From: Bacteroidales bacterium
GTDB taxonomy: Bacteria > Bacteroidota > Bacteroidia > Bacteroidales > VadinHA17
Direction of reading: 5' to 3'
Assembly (NCBI GenBank): GCA_038207725.1
Contig: JBBQZN010000006.1
Location: 4,824-68,823 of the forward strand
DNA length: 64,000 nt
Shown: one piece after another, positions 1 to 9,526 of the stretch
How positions within the stretch are numbered: the first letter of the stretch is position 1
Layout: each line of letters opens with the position of its first letter
The notes under the pieces: model-generated
Told to the model about the DNA's origin: nothing
Database searches by the model: none
The model's input: the letters and a program-made list of their open reading frames with translations, nothing else
Program-made: the position numbers and the translations under genes

Positions 1-181
1 TTGCTGACCTGTAACCGGTATTGTACAGGTCCATCCAAACACTCAGAGATTCATCGAAATTCCCAGCAGTAAATAAAGTTACCCCTTTCTCAAATTTAGC
101 GGGGGCTGATTCCTGTGAATAACCCTGACCTGAAAAAACAGACAGTAAAAATATGACTGCTATATATCTGATTGTCTTCAT
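1..181 (-). CDS. BatE-like protein, N-terminal fragment (gene continues beyond window start)
   Basis: ATG at 181-179, 3 nt after the BatD stop. Translates to MKTIRYIAVIFLLSVFSGQGYSQESAPAKFEKGVTLFTAGNFDESL..., a signal peptide followed by a TPR-like helix. Its position after BatD matches the known batA-E gene order. Confidence 0.5.
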   Translation of the reverse strand, partial: MKTIRYIAVIFLLSVFSGQGYSQESAPAKFEKGVTLFTAGNFDESLSVWMDLYNTGYRSA

Positions 182-184
182 ATT

Positions 185-1999
185 TTAGCCTATTGAGTTT
201 TCAACTGACTTTATAAACTGCGAAGCTCCTTCATAAATTGTTGCAGCTTCTGTTCCTGAAGCAGAAGGTGCAAATCTGGCATATTCACAAGTGTCAAGTA
301 TTTCATTCAGTGACCTTAGCCGTTCGTCATCAATGCCACGTTCTGTCAGGGCATCAACTGCATTGTTTCGTGTGAGGTCGGAAACGGGTATGCTGAGTTT
401 ATCGCTGAGGTAACCCCATAATGCTTTCAGAATCTCTTCATAGAACTTATCAATCTGATCATTTTTGAGACAAACAGATGCGTTGTGAAGCCTCTTTACT
501 GCAACTTTTCCGGCTTTTCTGTTTCTGACCAGCGAAAGATCTGAATTTCTTCTTATCTGTTCTCTTCTGATGAAAAGAATCAGTAGAAAACCAAACAGAG
601 CTAATGCATATATACTGTAAAACAATCTCTTAGTAACAATAAGGTCTGCCGACTTCGAGAGCGTTCCGGAAGAAGATTTGATAAATCTGATATCTTTTCC
701 AAGGTATTTGACATCCTCTTTCGACACACCTCCATAAACGGTAATGCCTGTATTCTGATCTGTTCCTTTCCGGGCATGAAAATGGAATTCACCAGTAGTC
801 AGCGTCTCGTACCTGCCTTTAGCGGTATTGAAATATGAATATGATACGGATGGAATTGTATAATCTCCGTAATGACGCGGGATTAAAAGATACTCAAAGC
901 TTTTTTGTCCTGATGTACCACTGCTTCCGTTTTTAATATCGTCAGAGATCTTTGGATCGTACACCTCAATATCGGGTGAAAGTTTTAACTGAGGGGTAGC
1001 AGCTACTTTAAGATTACCTGTACCTGAAATTGTAATTCTGTAAGTAACAGCATCATTAACGTTTACACTATCCTTATTCAATGTGGCTTTTATGTCAAGC
1101 TTACCAACAACCCCTGAATAGTCTGAAGGCTGAGTACCCGGCAAAGGTTTAACGTTTACCTTCATGGACTTGCTTGCGACAGCTGTTGGAACATTCTGAT
1201 AGCTGGTAAAGAAATCGCCAAAAAACGGATCAGACTGACCTGATTTCTGTTGAGTAAGTACGGTTATCTGAACAGGGTCGATCACAATTTCACCGGTTAC
1301 CTGAGGATAGAGCAAAAATTGCTGTACAACACCTGAACCATAAATAGTACCATTAACATTCTCCTGCTGAAGCGAATTGAGAGGCGGAGTTGTGAGATCA
1401 GTCTTCAGAAACTTATCGAAACTCGGGAATTTTATTTCATTAATTCCGGAGAGGTTTACCCTGGTGTATATTTTTACAGTGGCTACGATATGTTCTCCAA
1501 GGTAGACGTCTTTCCTGTTGAGACCAAGATTTATAAAGATATCTCCGCCTGATGAATTAACTGCCTGCTCTTCTCCTCCTTTTTTGTCTGCAGAAGCTAC
1601 TGTATTTTGATTTTGAGGTGCTCCTGAAATTACCTCAATTTTCATAGAATCAGACGAATATGATTTGTTCTTAATTGTAAATTTAGCAGGTGACAAAACA
1701 AACTTCCCCTCTTTTACTGCCTGCAGATAATAAACATAGGTATATGATGTCTGCCGGGTCATTTTTCCATTAACAATCTGGGTATTTGAACTGTATGATG
1801 TCTGAGGGCCCATTAACTTATAGAAACCTTCAAATGAGGGAGCGGAAAATTCTCCACCACCCGAATTGACACTCCACATAACACTGAACTGCTGACCGGC
1901 CGTTACCACAGATGGATATTCTACGGAAAGAGAGATATCCTGTGCGTTTAACGCCGCAGTTAAGAGTAAACTCAAATATAAAAAAAGTACTTTTCTCAT
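185..1999 (-). CDS. batD: BatD-like oxygen-tolerance protein (signal peptide, C-terminal TM segment)
   Basis: 604-aa ORF with an ATG start and signal peptide MRKVLFLYLSLLLTAALNAQ. It has a late TM helix LFYSIYALALFGFLLILFI and sits after the BatC-like gene in the Bat operon. Confidence 0.8.
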   Translation of the reverse strand: MRKVLFLYLSLLLTAALNAQDISLSVEYPSVVTAGQQFSVMWSVNSGGGEFSAPSFEGFYKLMGPQTSYSSNTQIVNGKMTRQTSYTYVYYLQAVKEGKFVLSPAKFTIKNKSYSSDSMKIEVISGAPQNQNTVASADKKGGEEQAVNSSGGDIFINLGLNRKDVYLGEHIVATVKIYTRVNLSGINEIKFPSFDKFLKTDLTTPPLNSLQQENVNGTIYGSGVVQQFLLYPQVTGEIVIDPVQITVLTQQKSGQSDPFFGDFFTSYQNVPTAVASKSMKVNVKPLPGTQPSDYSGVVGKLDIKATLNKDSVNVNDAVTYRITISGTGNLKVAATPQLKLSPDIEVYDPKISDDIKNGSSGTSGQKSFEYLLIPRHYGDYTIPSVSYSYFNTAKGRYETLTTGEFHFHARKGTDQNTGITVYGGVSKEDVKYLGKDIRFIKSSSGTLSKSADLIVTKRLFYSIYALALFGFLLILFIRREQIRRNSDLSLVRNRKAGKVAVKRLHNASVCLKNDQIDKFYEEILKALWGYLSDKLSIPVSDLTRNNAVDALTERGIDDERLRSLNEILDTCEYARFAPSASGTEAATIYEGASQFIKSVENSIG

Positions 2000-2011
2000 T
2001 TATTATTCAGA

Positions 2012-2761
2012 TTACCAGTTTTTTACTGTTCTGACTTTTGCTTTTTCAGCTTTTGCAAGTTTAACTTTTTCCTGAACCTTCTTTTCATCATTAGCCAGTG
2101 CATTCAAAAGACGCTGGGCATCTTCCTTCGACATCCCCTGCTGATCTTTCTGTTGTTGCTGCTGGTCTTTATCATTCTGATTTTTCTGCTGATCCTTTTT
2201 ATCATCACCCTGATTCTGCTTCTGATCATCCTTTTTATTGTCCTTTTTATCTTTATTCTCTTTGTTCTCTTTATCCTTATCTTTCTGTTGTTGTTCCTGT
2301 TGCTGTTTCAATAAATCCTGGGCATAGGCAAGATTATATTTTGCTTCAGTATTATCAGGCTTAAGCTTCAGGGAGTTTTTATATGCGTCAATACTCTCTT
2401 CAACCTTTTTGGCTTTAAGAAATGAATTACCAAGATTAAAATAGCCTGCCGATTTCTTTGACTTATCTTCGTTCTTGACTATGTTCTCCTCAAACTGTTT
2501 TCCGGCCTCTTCAAATTTTTCCTGCTTATAGAGGGCATCTCCTATATTGAATATTGCATCAGCCGACTGATTGTTTTTGTCTACTGCTTTACGATATGAA
2601 ATCTCAGAATCAGAGAAAACGCTTTTATTATACTCACGATTACCCTGTCTTATAAATTTCTTATCAGTCTGACCATTAAGTGACGTAAAAAGGCCGACCA
2701 TTAGAAATGCGAGTACAACTTTCATTGATCTGTTAACCATTATCTTACTAACATTCTTCAT
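2012..2761 (-). CDS. batC: BatC-like TPR protein with K/D/Q-rich low-complexity C-terminal tail
   Basis: TPR-like repeats (AIFNIGDALYKQEKFEEA, GYFNLGNSFLKAKKVEES, AKYNLAYAQ). The start was moved to internal ATG MKNVSKIM at 2761 to remove the overlap with batB. The ORF track start at 2812 is less likely. Confidence 0.72.
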   Translation of the reverse strand: MKNVSKIMVNRSMKVVLAFLMVGLFTSLNGQTDKKFIRQGNREYNKSVFSDSEISYRKAVDKNNQSADAIFNIGDALYKQEKFEEAGKQFEENIVKNEDKSKKSAGYFNLGNSFLKAKKVEESIDAYKNSLKLKPDNTEAKYNLAYAQDLLKQQQEQQQKDKDKENKENKDKKDNKKDDQKQNQGDDKKDQQKNQNDKDQQQQQKDQQGMSKEDAQRLLNALANDEKKVQEKVKLAKAEKAKVRTVKNW

Positions 2762-2777
2762 ACCGGGTAAATACCAG

Positions 2778-3818
2778 TTAAATTTTAAATTTAAAAAGGC
2801 GTATCTGAGCAAGTCTTCTGTTCTTTCTCTCCATAATCAAAAAGTCAGCCAGAAGAAGCAAAAGTACAATGGCTGCAAAAATCTGGAACTGATCGTTATA
2901 TTCGGTGTACATTGTACTCTCCAGCTCCTCTTTTTTCATTTTTCTTATTTCACCAAAAATCTCGTCAAGTCCGATATTTGAATTACTCGCTCTGACATAG
3001 TTTCCTCCGGTTGCAACAGCAATTTTCTTAAGTATCTCTTCATCAAGTTTTGTTATAACGGTATTTCCATCAACATCTTTCAGAAATTCTTTTTTTCCGC
3101 CGACAATCTGCGGAACAGGTACGCCCTCGGTTGAACCGATTCCAATAGTGTGGATAACAATACCGGCCTTTGCAGCTTCGTCAGACATTGAAACAGGATC
3201 ATCTTCATGGTTTTCACCATCCGTTATGATTATCAGTGCCTTACTTTTTCCTTCACCCGGACTAAATGATCTCACTCCCAGGTCAATTGCAGCTCCAATT
3301 GCAGTTCCCTGTTTTGGAACCATATTAGGGCCAATTGTGGAAAGAAACATTTTTGCTGAAATGTAATCTGTTGTAATTGGTATCTGGGTATATGCGTCAC
3401 CTGCAAAAACAACAAGTCCGATTTTATCATTCTCAAGATTATCTACCAGTCGTGAAATGGCCTGCTTTGCCCTTGTAAGCCTGTCGGGCTGAATATCTTC
3501 AGCCAGCATTGAATTACTGACATCAAGCGCAATTATAACTTCAACACCCTGTTTTTTAACATCCTCGATCTTAGACCCGAATTGTGGTCTTGAAATCATT
3601 ATAACTGACAGAGTAAATGCAAGCATTCCTATTATAAATTTGAGGATTGGTCTTGCTTTTGATAATTCAGGAACCAATGAGCTAACAAGATTTAAATCGC
3701 CCAGTCGCTGCAGTGACTTTCTCTTTCTGATTTCGTTTACTACGAACAAAAAGACAAGTAAGGGCAGCAGAAGCAGCAGGTACAAAAAATCGGGATTTGC
3801 AAATCTGAACAATTGCAT
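2778..3818 (-). CDS. batB: BatB-like VWA-domain membrane protein
   Basis: N-terminal TM helices, then a VWA MIDAS motif (ALDVSNSM) and ...IIITDGENH. Confidence 0.85.
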   Translation of the reverse strand: MQLFRFANPDFLYLLLLLPLLVFLFVVNEIRKRKSLQRLGDLNLVSSLVPELSKARPILKFIIGMLAFTLSVIMISRPQFGSKIEDVKKQGVEVIIALDVSNSMLAEDIQPDRLTRAKQAISRLVDNLENDKIGLVVFAGDAYTQIPITTDYISAKMFLSTIGPNMVPKQGTAIGAAIDLGVRSFSPGEGKSKALIIITDGENHEDDPVSMSDEAAKAGIVIHTIGIGSTEGVPVPQIVGGKKEFLKDVDGNTVITKLDEEILKKIAVATGGNYVRASNSNIGLDEIFGEIRKMKKEELESTMYTEYNDQFQIFAAIVLLLLLADFLIMERKNRRLAQIRLFKFKI

Positions 3819-3829
3819 ATCTATTCTGC

Positions 3830-4822
3830 TTAAGTTAGGTTTCTGAATAAAGTATTCCGTAATATAATTTCGAGAAGAAGAAGAATTACTGCAGCAATGG
3901 CAGGAATAAGGAACTTTTCTTCCTTTATGCTGAATTGTCTGACATCAATCTTCGATTTTTCGAGCTTATCTATCTCTGTGTACACCTGTATAAGTTTATC
4001 ATTATCAGTAGCCCTGAAGTATTTACCTCCTGTATTCTGAGCTATATCTCTTAGTATTGCTTCATCAATTTCAACAGGCATATCCTGATATTGAATCCCG
4101 TATGGTGTCTGAACCGGATAAGGAGCCATTCCCTGAGTACCAACACCTATTGTATATACCCTTATTCCATATGTCTGGGCAATACCTGCCGCTGTTGCCG
4201 GAGCAATCTCCCCTCTGTTATTCACACCATCAGTTAGAAGAATTATTACCTTACTCTTAGCTTCCGAATCTTTGATCCTGTTCACAGCAGTTGCCAGGCC
4301 CATTCCGATCGCTGTGCCATCCTCAATCATTCCGCTCTTTATTTCGCGAAGAAGGTTAATAAGCACAGCATGATCAGTTGTTAAAGGACATTGGGTAAAA
4401 CTCTCCCCGCTGAATACCACCAGGCCCATTCTGTCGTATGGCCGGCCTGAGATAAACTCAGTTGCAACATTTTTTGAAGCTTCAAGCCTGTCGGGACGGA
4501 AATCTCTGGCAAGCATACTTCCTGAAATATCCAATGCAAGAATGATATCAATACCTTCTGTGGATGTATCCTGAAATTTGTCTGTAGCCTGCGGACGGGC
4601 AACCACAATTATTATAAGGCCAATAGCTATTGTACGAAAAGCAAAAAGAATATGCCTCAGATAATGTCTGAATGTATTGCCTGTATTCGCGAATGGCTCT
4701 AGTCCGGGCATGGTAAGTGAGGCATTCGTACTCTGCTGTTTAAATATGTAAAAGGCAATAATTGCAGGAATGAGAAGCAGCAGGTACAGGAAAAACGGTT
4801 GTTCAAATGTTATTACTTTCAT
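3830..4822 (-). CDS. batA: BatA-like VWA-domain membrane protein
   Basis: TM helices plus a VWA MIDAS motif (ALDISGSM ... ILLTDGVNN). A 4-nt ATGA overlap with the upstream gene suggests translational coupling. Confidence 0.85.
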   Translation of the reverse strand: MKVITFEQPFFLYLLLLIPAIIAFYIFKQQSTNASLTMPGLEPFANTGNTFRHYLRHILFAFRTIAIGLIIIVVARPQATDKFQDTSTEGIDIILALDISGSMLARDFRPDRLEASKNVATEFISGRPYDRMGLVVFSGESFTQCPLTTDHAVLINLLREIKSGMIEDGTAIGMGLATAVNRIKDSEAKSKVIILLTDGVNNRGEIAPATAAGIAQTYGIRVYTIGVGTQGMAPYPVQTPYGIQYQDMPVEIDEAILRDIAQNTGGKYFRATDNDKLIQVYTEIDKLEKSKIDVRQFSIKEEKFLIPAIAAVILLLLEIILRNTLFRNLT

Positions 4823-5799
4823 GCCTTCACCTCCCCTTCTTTGCCTGATGAATCGGTCCCTGTTATTGCTTGATCCGTCGCCTTAGTGACATCAACAAAT
4901 TCCCATGAATTCGTGAAATTTACTTCATTTTCCTGTGCATCAGGATTATACTTTGCAAATTTCACAAGGTCTGCACCTGTGAGCACACTTTTAAGTTTAT
5001 TGTAAGAATCATCTTTCTTAAAACCTGATTTGATCAGAGCATTAAGAGTTTCAGATGTTGTAAGTTCAAGTGAATAAACTCTGTACCTGTTTTCAAGATA
5101 CTGGCGGAGTATTTCAGTGAGTCTGGTATAATAATGTTTTGTCTCTCCTTTTTGCCAAAGTTCTTCATTCTTAATCATTTCCAGTTCCCTGAATGCAATT
5201 ATATGTGCAGGTTCTATAATTATCTCAGGAGTATAATCAGGTTTCGATTTTCTGAACCGGCGAATGAGCCTGATTACAATCCAAACAATGATTCCTGCTG
5301 CTATTACAAGAAGAACCCATGGCAGAATTTCTCCGGGTGTGAGTGGTGCCTTGTAAGGTTTTATTATATCATAAATAGTTGCGGCGGTATCTGCAGGAGC
5401 CACATTAAGCCTCATAACAGCCAGCTGAGTATATTCCGAGTAGAATCTTTTAAGACCACCTTCACTCCTGTGTTCGGCAAAAACAGGCGGCAGTTCGTAA
5501 TACCCGGAGTCGAATGAAGTGATAAGGTATTTTTCAGTAATTGATAATCTTCCGTCTATTCCTACTATACTATCGACATCGGGGCCTGATATTATCTCAA
5601 TATTTTTGCATAAAGTGTCCCTGAAAAACGGAAACCGGAGGCCAATTTCAGATGGCTGGTCAACCTTCAGAGTAAAGTAGATCTGATCGCCTATATAAAT
5701 TTTTGATGAATCAAACGCTGCAGTCACCTTTACATCCTGTCCACTTGCAGCAGATGACGCGAATAAAAATATTATTAATATGTTATGAAGTCTTTTCAT
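4819..5799 (-). CDS. Bat-operon membrane protein (BatD-like N-domain, one TM, DUF4381-like C-region)
   Basis: 326-aa ORF with a signal peptide and central TM helix ILPWVLLVIAAGIIVWIVIRLI. It occupies the slot between the DUF58 gene and batA. Confidence 0.7.
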   Translation of the reverse strand: MKRLHNILIIFLFASSAASGQDVKVTAAFDSSKIYIGDQIYFTLKVDQPSEIGLRFPFFRDTLCKNIEIISGPDVDSIVGIDGRLSITEKYLITSFDSGYYELPPVFAEHRSEGGLKRFYSEYTQLAVMRLNVAPADTAATIYDIIKPYKAPLTPGEILPWVLLVIAAGIIVWIVIRLIRRFRKSKPDYTPEIIIEPAHIIAFRELEMIKNEELWQKGETKHYYTRLTEILRQYLENRYRVYSLELTTSETLNALIKSGFKKDDSYNKLKSVLTGADLVKFAKYNPDAQENEVNFTNSWEFVDVTKATDQAITGTDSSGKEGEVKA

Positions 5800-5804
5800 A
5801 AATA

Positions 5805-6668
5805 CTATCTGTTCTCAAACAACTTAATAAGTGGTTTTACGTAATCCAGATCTGTTCTCAGCTCTGTTGAATCTACTCCACATCTTTTAAAAGTACCTCT
5901 TATTGAGGCAATATGAGTCAGCCACCATTTTTCATACGACTCTCTGGCTGCCTTCGACGAAGTGTCAATCCATCTTTCTGCACCTGATTCAGAATCACTT
6001 ACCTTTACAAGTCCTATATCAGGGATAGATTTTTCTACAGGATCAAAAACCTTTAGCGCAACTATATCATGTTTGTTTGACGCAATTCTCATTGCTTCTT
6101 CAAAATCAGGAACAATAAAATCAGAAATGATAAAGGCGGTACATCTCTTTTTTATTGCATTCGTAAGAAAGCGTAATGGTTCATCGAGGTTTGTCCTTTT
6201 GCTTTCTGCCTTAAAATCAAGAAGTTCCCTGATGATTCTTAGTATATGCTTACGTCCCTTTTGCGGGGAGATAAACTTTTCAACTTTATCAGAGAAGAAG
6301 ATGACCCCTATTTTATCGTTATTGTAGATTGCTGAGAATGACAATACTGCTGCAACTTCTGTCATGAGGTCTCTTTTATAGCTGCCTGATGTACCAAAAT
6401 AGCCCGAACCGCTTACATCAATCAGCAGCATAACAGTCAGTTCCCTCTCCTCTTCAAATATTTTTACATACGGATGATTAAACCTGGCAGTGACATTCCA
6501 GTCTATGCTTCTTATATCATCACCATACTGATACTCCCTGACTTCACTGAATGCGATACCTCTTCCCTTGAAAGCGCTGTGGTATTCGCCGGCAAATATG
6601 TGCCGGCTAAGCCCCCTTGTCTTAATCTCAATCCTCCGTACTTTCTTCAGTAATTCAGTAGCTTCCAC
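5805..6668 (-). CDS. DUF58 domain protein (MoxR-associated, VWA-like)
   Basis: Contains the GEYHSAFKGRGIAFSEVREYQYGDDIRSIDWNVTAR signature typical of DUF58. The start appears to be GTG (cac at 6666-6668). Confidence 0.85.
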   Translation of the reverse strand: MEATELLKKVRRIEIKTRGLSRHIFAGEYHSAFKGRGIAFSEVREYQYGDDIRSIDWNVTARFNHPYVKIFEEERELTVMLLIDVSGSGYFGTSGSYKRDLMTEVAAVLSFSAIYNNDKIGVIFFSDKVEKFISPQKGRKHILRIIRELLDFKAESKRTNLDEPLRFLTNAIKKRCTAFIISDFIVPDFEEAMRIASNKHDIVALKVFDPVEKSIPDIGLVKVSDSESGAERWIDTSSKAARESYEKWWLTHIASIRGTFKRCGVDSTELRTDLDYVKPLIKLFENR

Positions 6669-6679
6669 TTTTCAACAGA

Positions 6680-7084
6680 TTATTTTTCCGCTTGTATAGT
6701 TACAGAACAAGACCAGGAATCCTCCTTTAAGACGATCTGATAATTCTTCCCATCGCGTTTGTCAGTCCAGACATTTTCATCCTTTTTACTGAACTGAGAA
6801 TTCAGCTCTTTTGTCTTCTGTGGTTTCAGACTTATATCGCATACCATTCTGATACCGCTGCATACTGAGTCTTTGTCGAGAAAGAAAAGCAGAGTCAGGC
6901 TTTCTGAGTTATCTCCATATTTCAGATATTTGAAAGATTTATTAACAACTTTTTCGGCATGCAACTCTTTATAGTTTTCTTTCATATACTTAACAATTTC
7001 TTTTCCACTGTAACCAACAAGATTCTGTCCTGAAATTGTCAGGTTAAGAAACAGAATAAACAGCAACAGTGTAAAACATCTCAT
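6680..7084 (-). CDS. small secreted hypothetical protein inserted between moxR and DUF58
   Basis: The ORF is open across 6680-7114. Internal ATG at 7084 gives MRCFTLLLFILFLNLTISGQ, a signal peptide, and avoids overlap with the moxR stop. No recognisable domain. Confidence 0.55.
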   Translation of the reverse strand: MRCFTLLLFILFLNLTISGQNLVGYSGKEIVKYMKENYKELHAEKVVNKSFKYLKYGDNSESLTLLFFLDKDSVCSGIRMVCDISLKPQKTKELNSQFSKKDENVWTDKRDGKNYQIVLKEDSWSCSVTIQAEK

Positions 7085-7094
7085 AATCAGAACA

Positions 7095-8090
7095 CTAAGG
7101 CACCTCAACAACATTAAGAATCTCGGATATTATCTTATCCTGATTAATATTTTCAGCTTCAGCTTCATATGTAAGCCCGATACGGTGGCGCATTACATCG
7201 GGACAGATAGTTCTCACGTCCTCAGGTATTACATAGCCTCTTCTCTTTATGAATGCATATGCCTTGGCTGCAAGTGAAAGGTTAATAGAAGCTCGTGGAG
7301 AGGCGCCATAAGATATCATACTTTTAAACGCAGGAAGACCGTATTTTTCAGGATTACGACTGGCGAAAACAATATTAAGAATATAGTTTTCAATTTTTTC
7401 ATCCATATAAACTTCACGCACAACATTTCGTGCCCGTGTTATATCTTCAGTTTTCAGAACTGTATTTGTTCTGGGGAATTCACGTGCAAGGTTCTCGCGT
7501 ATAATCAACTTTTCCTCTTCAATTGTAGGATAATCAATGAGAACCTTCATCATGAACCTGTCGATCTGAGCTTCCGGGAGAGGATAAGTTCCCTCCTGTT
7601 CTATTGGGTTTTGTGTTGCCAGAACAAGAAATGGTTCCTCTAGTTTATAAGTATTCTCCCCTATTGTAACCTGCCGTTCCTGCATTGCTTCGAGAAGGGC
7701 GCTCTGTACTTTGGCGGGTGACCTGTTAATCTCGTCAGCAAGTATAAAATTGGCAAAAACCGGACCCTTTTTAACAATAAACTCCTCTTTCTTCTGACTA
7801 TATATCATTGTACCAATGAGGTCAGCAGGAAGTAAGTCAGGTGTAAATTGAATCCTGCTGAATTTAGCATCAATTATTGATGCCAGTGATTTAATTGCAA
7901 GAGTCTTGGCAAGACCCGGAACACCTTCAAGAAGAATATGCCCATTGGAAAGAAGTCCGATCATAAGGCTGTCGGTCAGATGTCTCTGACCAATAATTAC
8001 CTTATTCATCTCCATCCTTATGATATCAACAAAGGCGCTCTCTTTTTCAATTTTCTCATTCAGAATCCTGATGTCAGCAGTTTGCTCCAT
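7095..8090 (-). CDS. moxR: MoxR-family AAA+ ATPase
   Basis: Walker A LLEGVPGLAKT and Walker B ILADEINR. The overall sequence is typical of the MoxR/BatI first gene of the Bat operon. Confidence 0.92.
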   Translation of the reverse strand: MEQTADIRILNEKIEKESAFVDIIRMEMNKVIIGQRHLTDSLMIGLLSNGHILLEGVPGLAKTLAIKSLASIIDAKFSRIQFTPDLLPADLIGTMIYSQKKEEFIVKKGPVFANFILADEINRSPAKVQSALLEAMQERQVTIGENTYKLEEPFLVLATQNPIEQEGTYPLPEAQIDRFMMKVLIDYPTIEEEKLIIRENLAREFPRTNTVLKTEDITRARNVVREVYMDEKIENYILNIVFASRNPEKYGLPAFKSMISYGASPRASINLSLAAKAYAFIKRRGYVIPEDVRTICPDVMRHRIGLTYEAEAENINQDKIISEILNVVEVP

Positions 8091-8109
8091 ATTTTTAAAT
8101 TTTAACCGG

Positions 8110-8117
8110 CAAATGTA
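8110..8117 (-). promoter_or_regulatory. Bacteroidota -7 promoter box (TACATTTG) for the moxR-bat operon
   Basis: The reverse complement of caaatgta matches the TAnnTTTG consensus. It lies 20 nt upstream of the moxR ATG. Confidence 0.45.
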
Positions 8118-8220
8118 ATAAAACTGGTACTAAAAACTGTTTAAATATTCAAATGTTGAAACAGTTCACAAAGGAACTCTGTGAATCTCTAAAGTGGTGT
8201 TAATGACTGTTAAAGTTTTG

Positions 8221-9405
8221 TTAAAGGTTTTTTTGTGATGTTAATGGATTCCATTCAAATCCTGATCTCATAGAACTCCTGACAAGGATTATAACTGCCA
8301 AAGGAATTACTGCAAGATTAAACTCCTGTGGCATAATGAAATGCAACAGCACAAAAACTGCAGACAGAACAAAAACAATTCTATACCAAAGCAGTATTGG
8401 TTTGTTTAGAATAAGGAGTATCAGGCAGACAATAATTGCAGGATTAAGCCATATAATATTCAGGTTCATTCGCATCTGTGCATGATCAGTGAAGAAATTG
8501 AAGAAGATCATCAAAACTGCAAGAATTGAGTAAACAGAGTATATAACAAGATCCATTCTCCTGCTCGTCTTACTATTTTTATTTAACCCCGACAATATTA
8601 TAACTAAAATCATAAGTCCGATAAATAAATACAAAGGAGCTGAGAATATCCTGTTCTTTAAAACGGGAGGTTCATAGTCTAGGATTACTTCAGGATTCTG
8701 TAATAGCGGAATCATTTTTCCATCACGGTTGACCACTGCTTTTGATAATCCCTCTTTCAGATCTATTGGCAGGAACAACCTGTCACGAAACAACGCATCC
8801 TTATCGCCTGATGATCCCATAATGAGATCAACTCCGAATTTGTACCATGGATATGCAGCCTGGTATTTGCCAACCATCTGTCTGAAAGTAGGAGGCTTAT
8901 TCAGTTCAACAGGTGGATAGAGCAATGTGGGGCCAACAGCTTTTTCCAGAAGGTCTCTTATCCGTGTTGAGCAGTCATCATAAAAAAAGTCATATCTGTA
9001 TTTTATATTTTCAGGCTTGAGGTTTTCATTTATCAATTCCAGCAAGCGCTTTTTTTCGACTGCTGTAATATTGATTTTCTGTGACACTACATATCTTTCT
9101 TCGTAAAAGTAGAATGACAGAAAACTATTAAGCGAGTCATCACCGAGGTAGTAATTAAGCCTTCCTTTTGCAAATTTCCATGCAAAATTTGGTGTATCAA
9201 AATCAAAAATTCCCCAGTTATAGATCTTATCCGAGTTTGCCGATTTGATTTCAACTCTCAGGGCGCTGTGTCCGTAAACTGAATAGGTTTCTGTGCCCGG
9301 TCCGCAGGTAATAAGATATATAACAGTATCATTTGCAGGCTGAGAAAACAGCAATGGAGAACCTGACAGCAAAAGAATATTGAGAAACAGCAATACTTTT
9401 TTCAT
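8221..9405 (-). CDS. DUF4105 (Lnb N-terminal periplasmic domain)-like membrane protein
   Basis: Signal peptide, then ITCGPGTETYSVYGHSALRV, which is typical of DUF4105. The C-terminus has multiple TM helices. Confidence 0.65.
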   Translation of the reverse strand: MKKVLLFLNILLLSGSPLLFSQPANDTVIYLITCGPGTETYSVYGHSALRVEIKSANSDKIYNWGIFDFDTPNFAWKFAKGRLNYYLGDDSLNSFLSFYFYEERYVVSQKINITAVEKKRLLELINENLKPENIKYRYDFFYDDCSTRIRDLLEKAVGPTLLYPPVELNKPPTFRQMVGKYQAAYPWYKFGVDLIMGSSGDKDALFRDRLFLPIDLKEGLSKAVVNRDGKMIPLLQNPEVILDYEPPVLKNRIFSAPLYLFIGLMILVIILSGLNKNSKTSRRMDLVIYSVYSILAVLMIFFNFFTDHAQMRMNLNIIWLNPAIIVCLILLILNKPILLWYRIVFVLSAVFVLLHFIMPQEFNLAVIPLAVIILVRSSMRSGFEWNPLTSQKNL

Positions 9406-9526
9406 ACTAATTCTGTTTCTGTAAACGTAAGCGTTTTTTAGCAGAAAAGAAAGTACTGAGCATGGAGTGAATCGTGAGAGTTCAAAAAACAGTATTTTTA
9501 GAAATCATAGTGAAGAAAACTGATAT

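Noticed and set aside
2098-2364. 88-aa plus-strand ORF and repetitive DNA inside batC
   Set aside because: The repetitiveness reflects the K/D/Q/N-rich low-complexity tail of BatC on the minus strand. The plus-strand frame is a shadow, and this is not a CRISPR array or a tandem-repeat locus.
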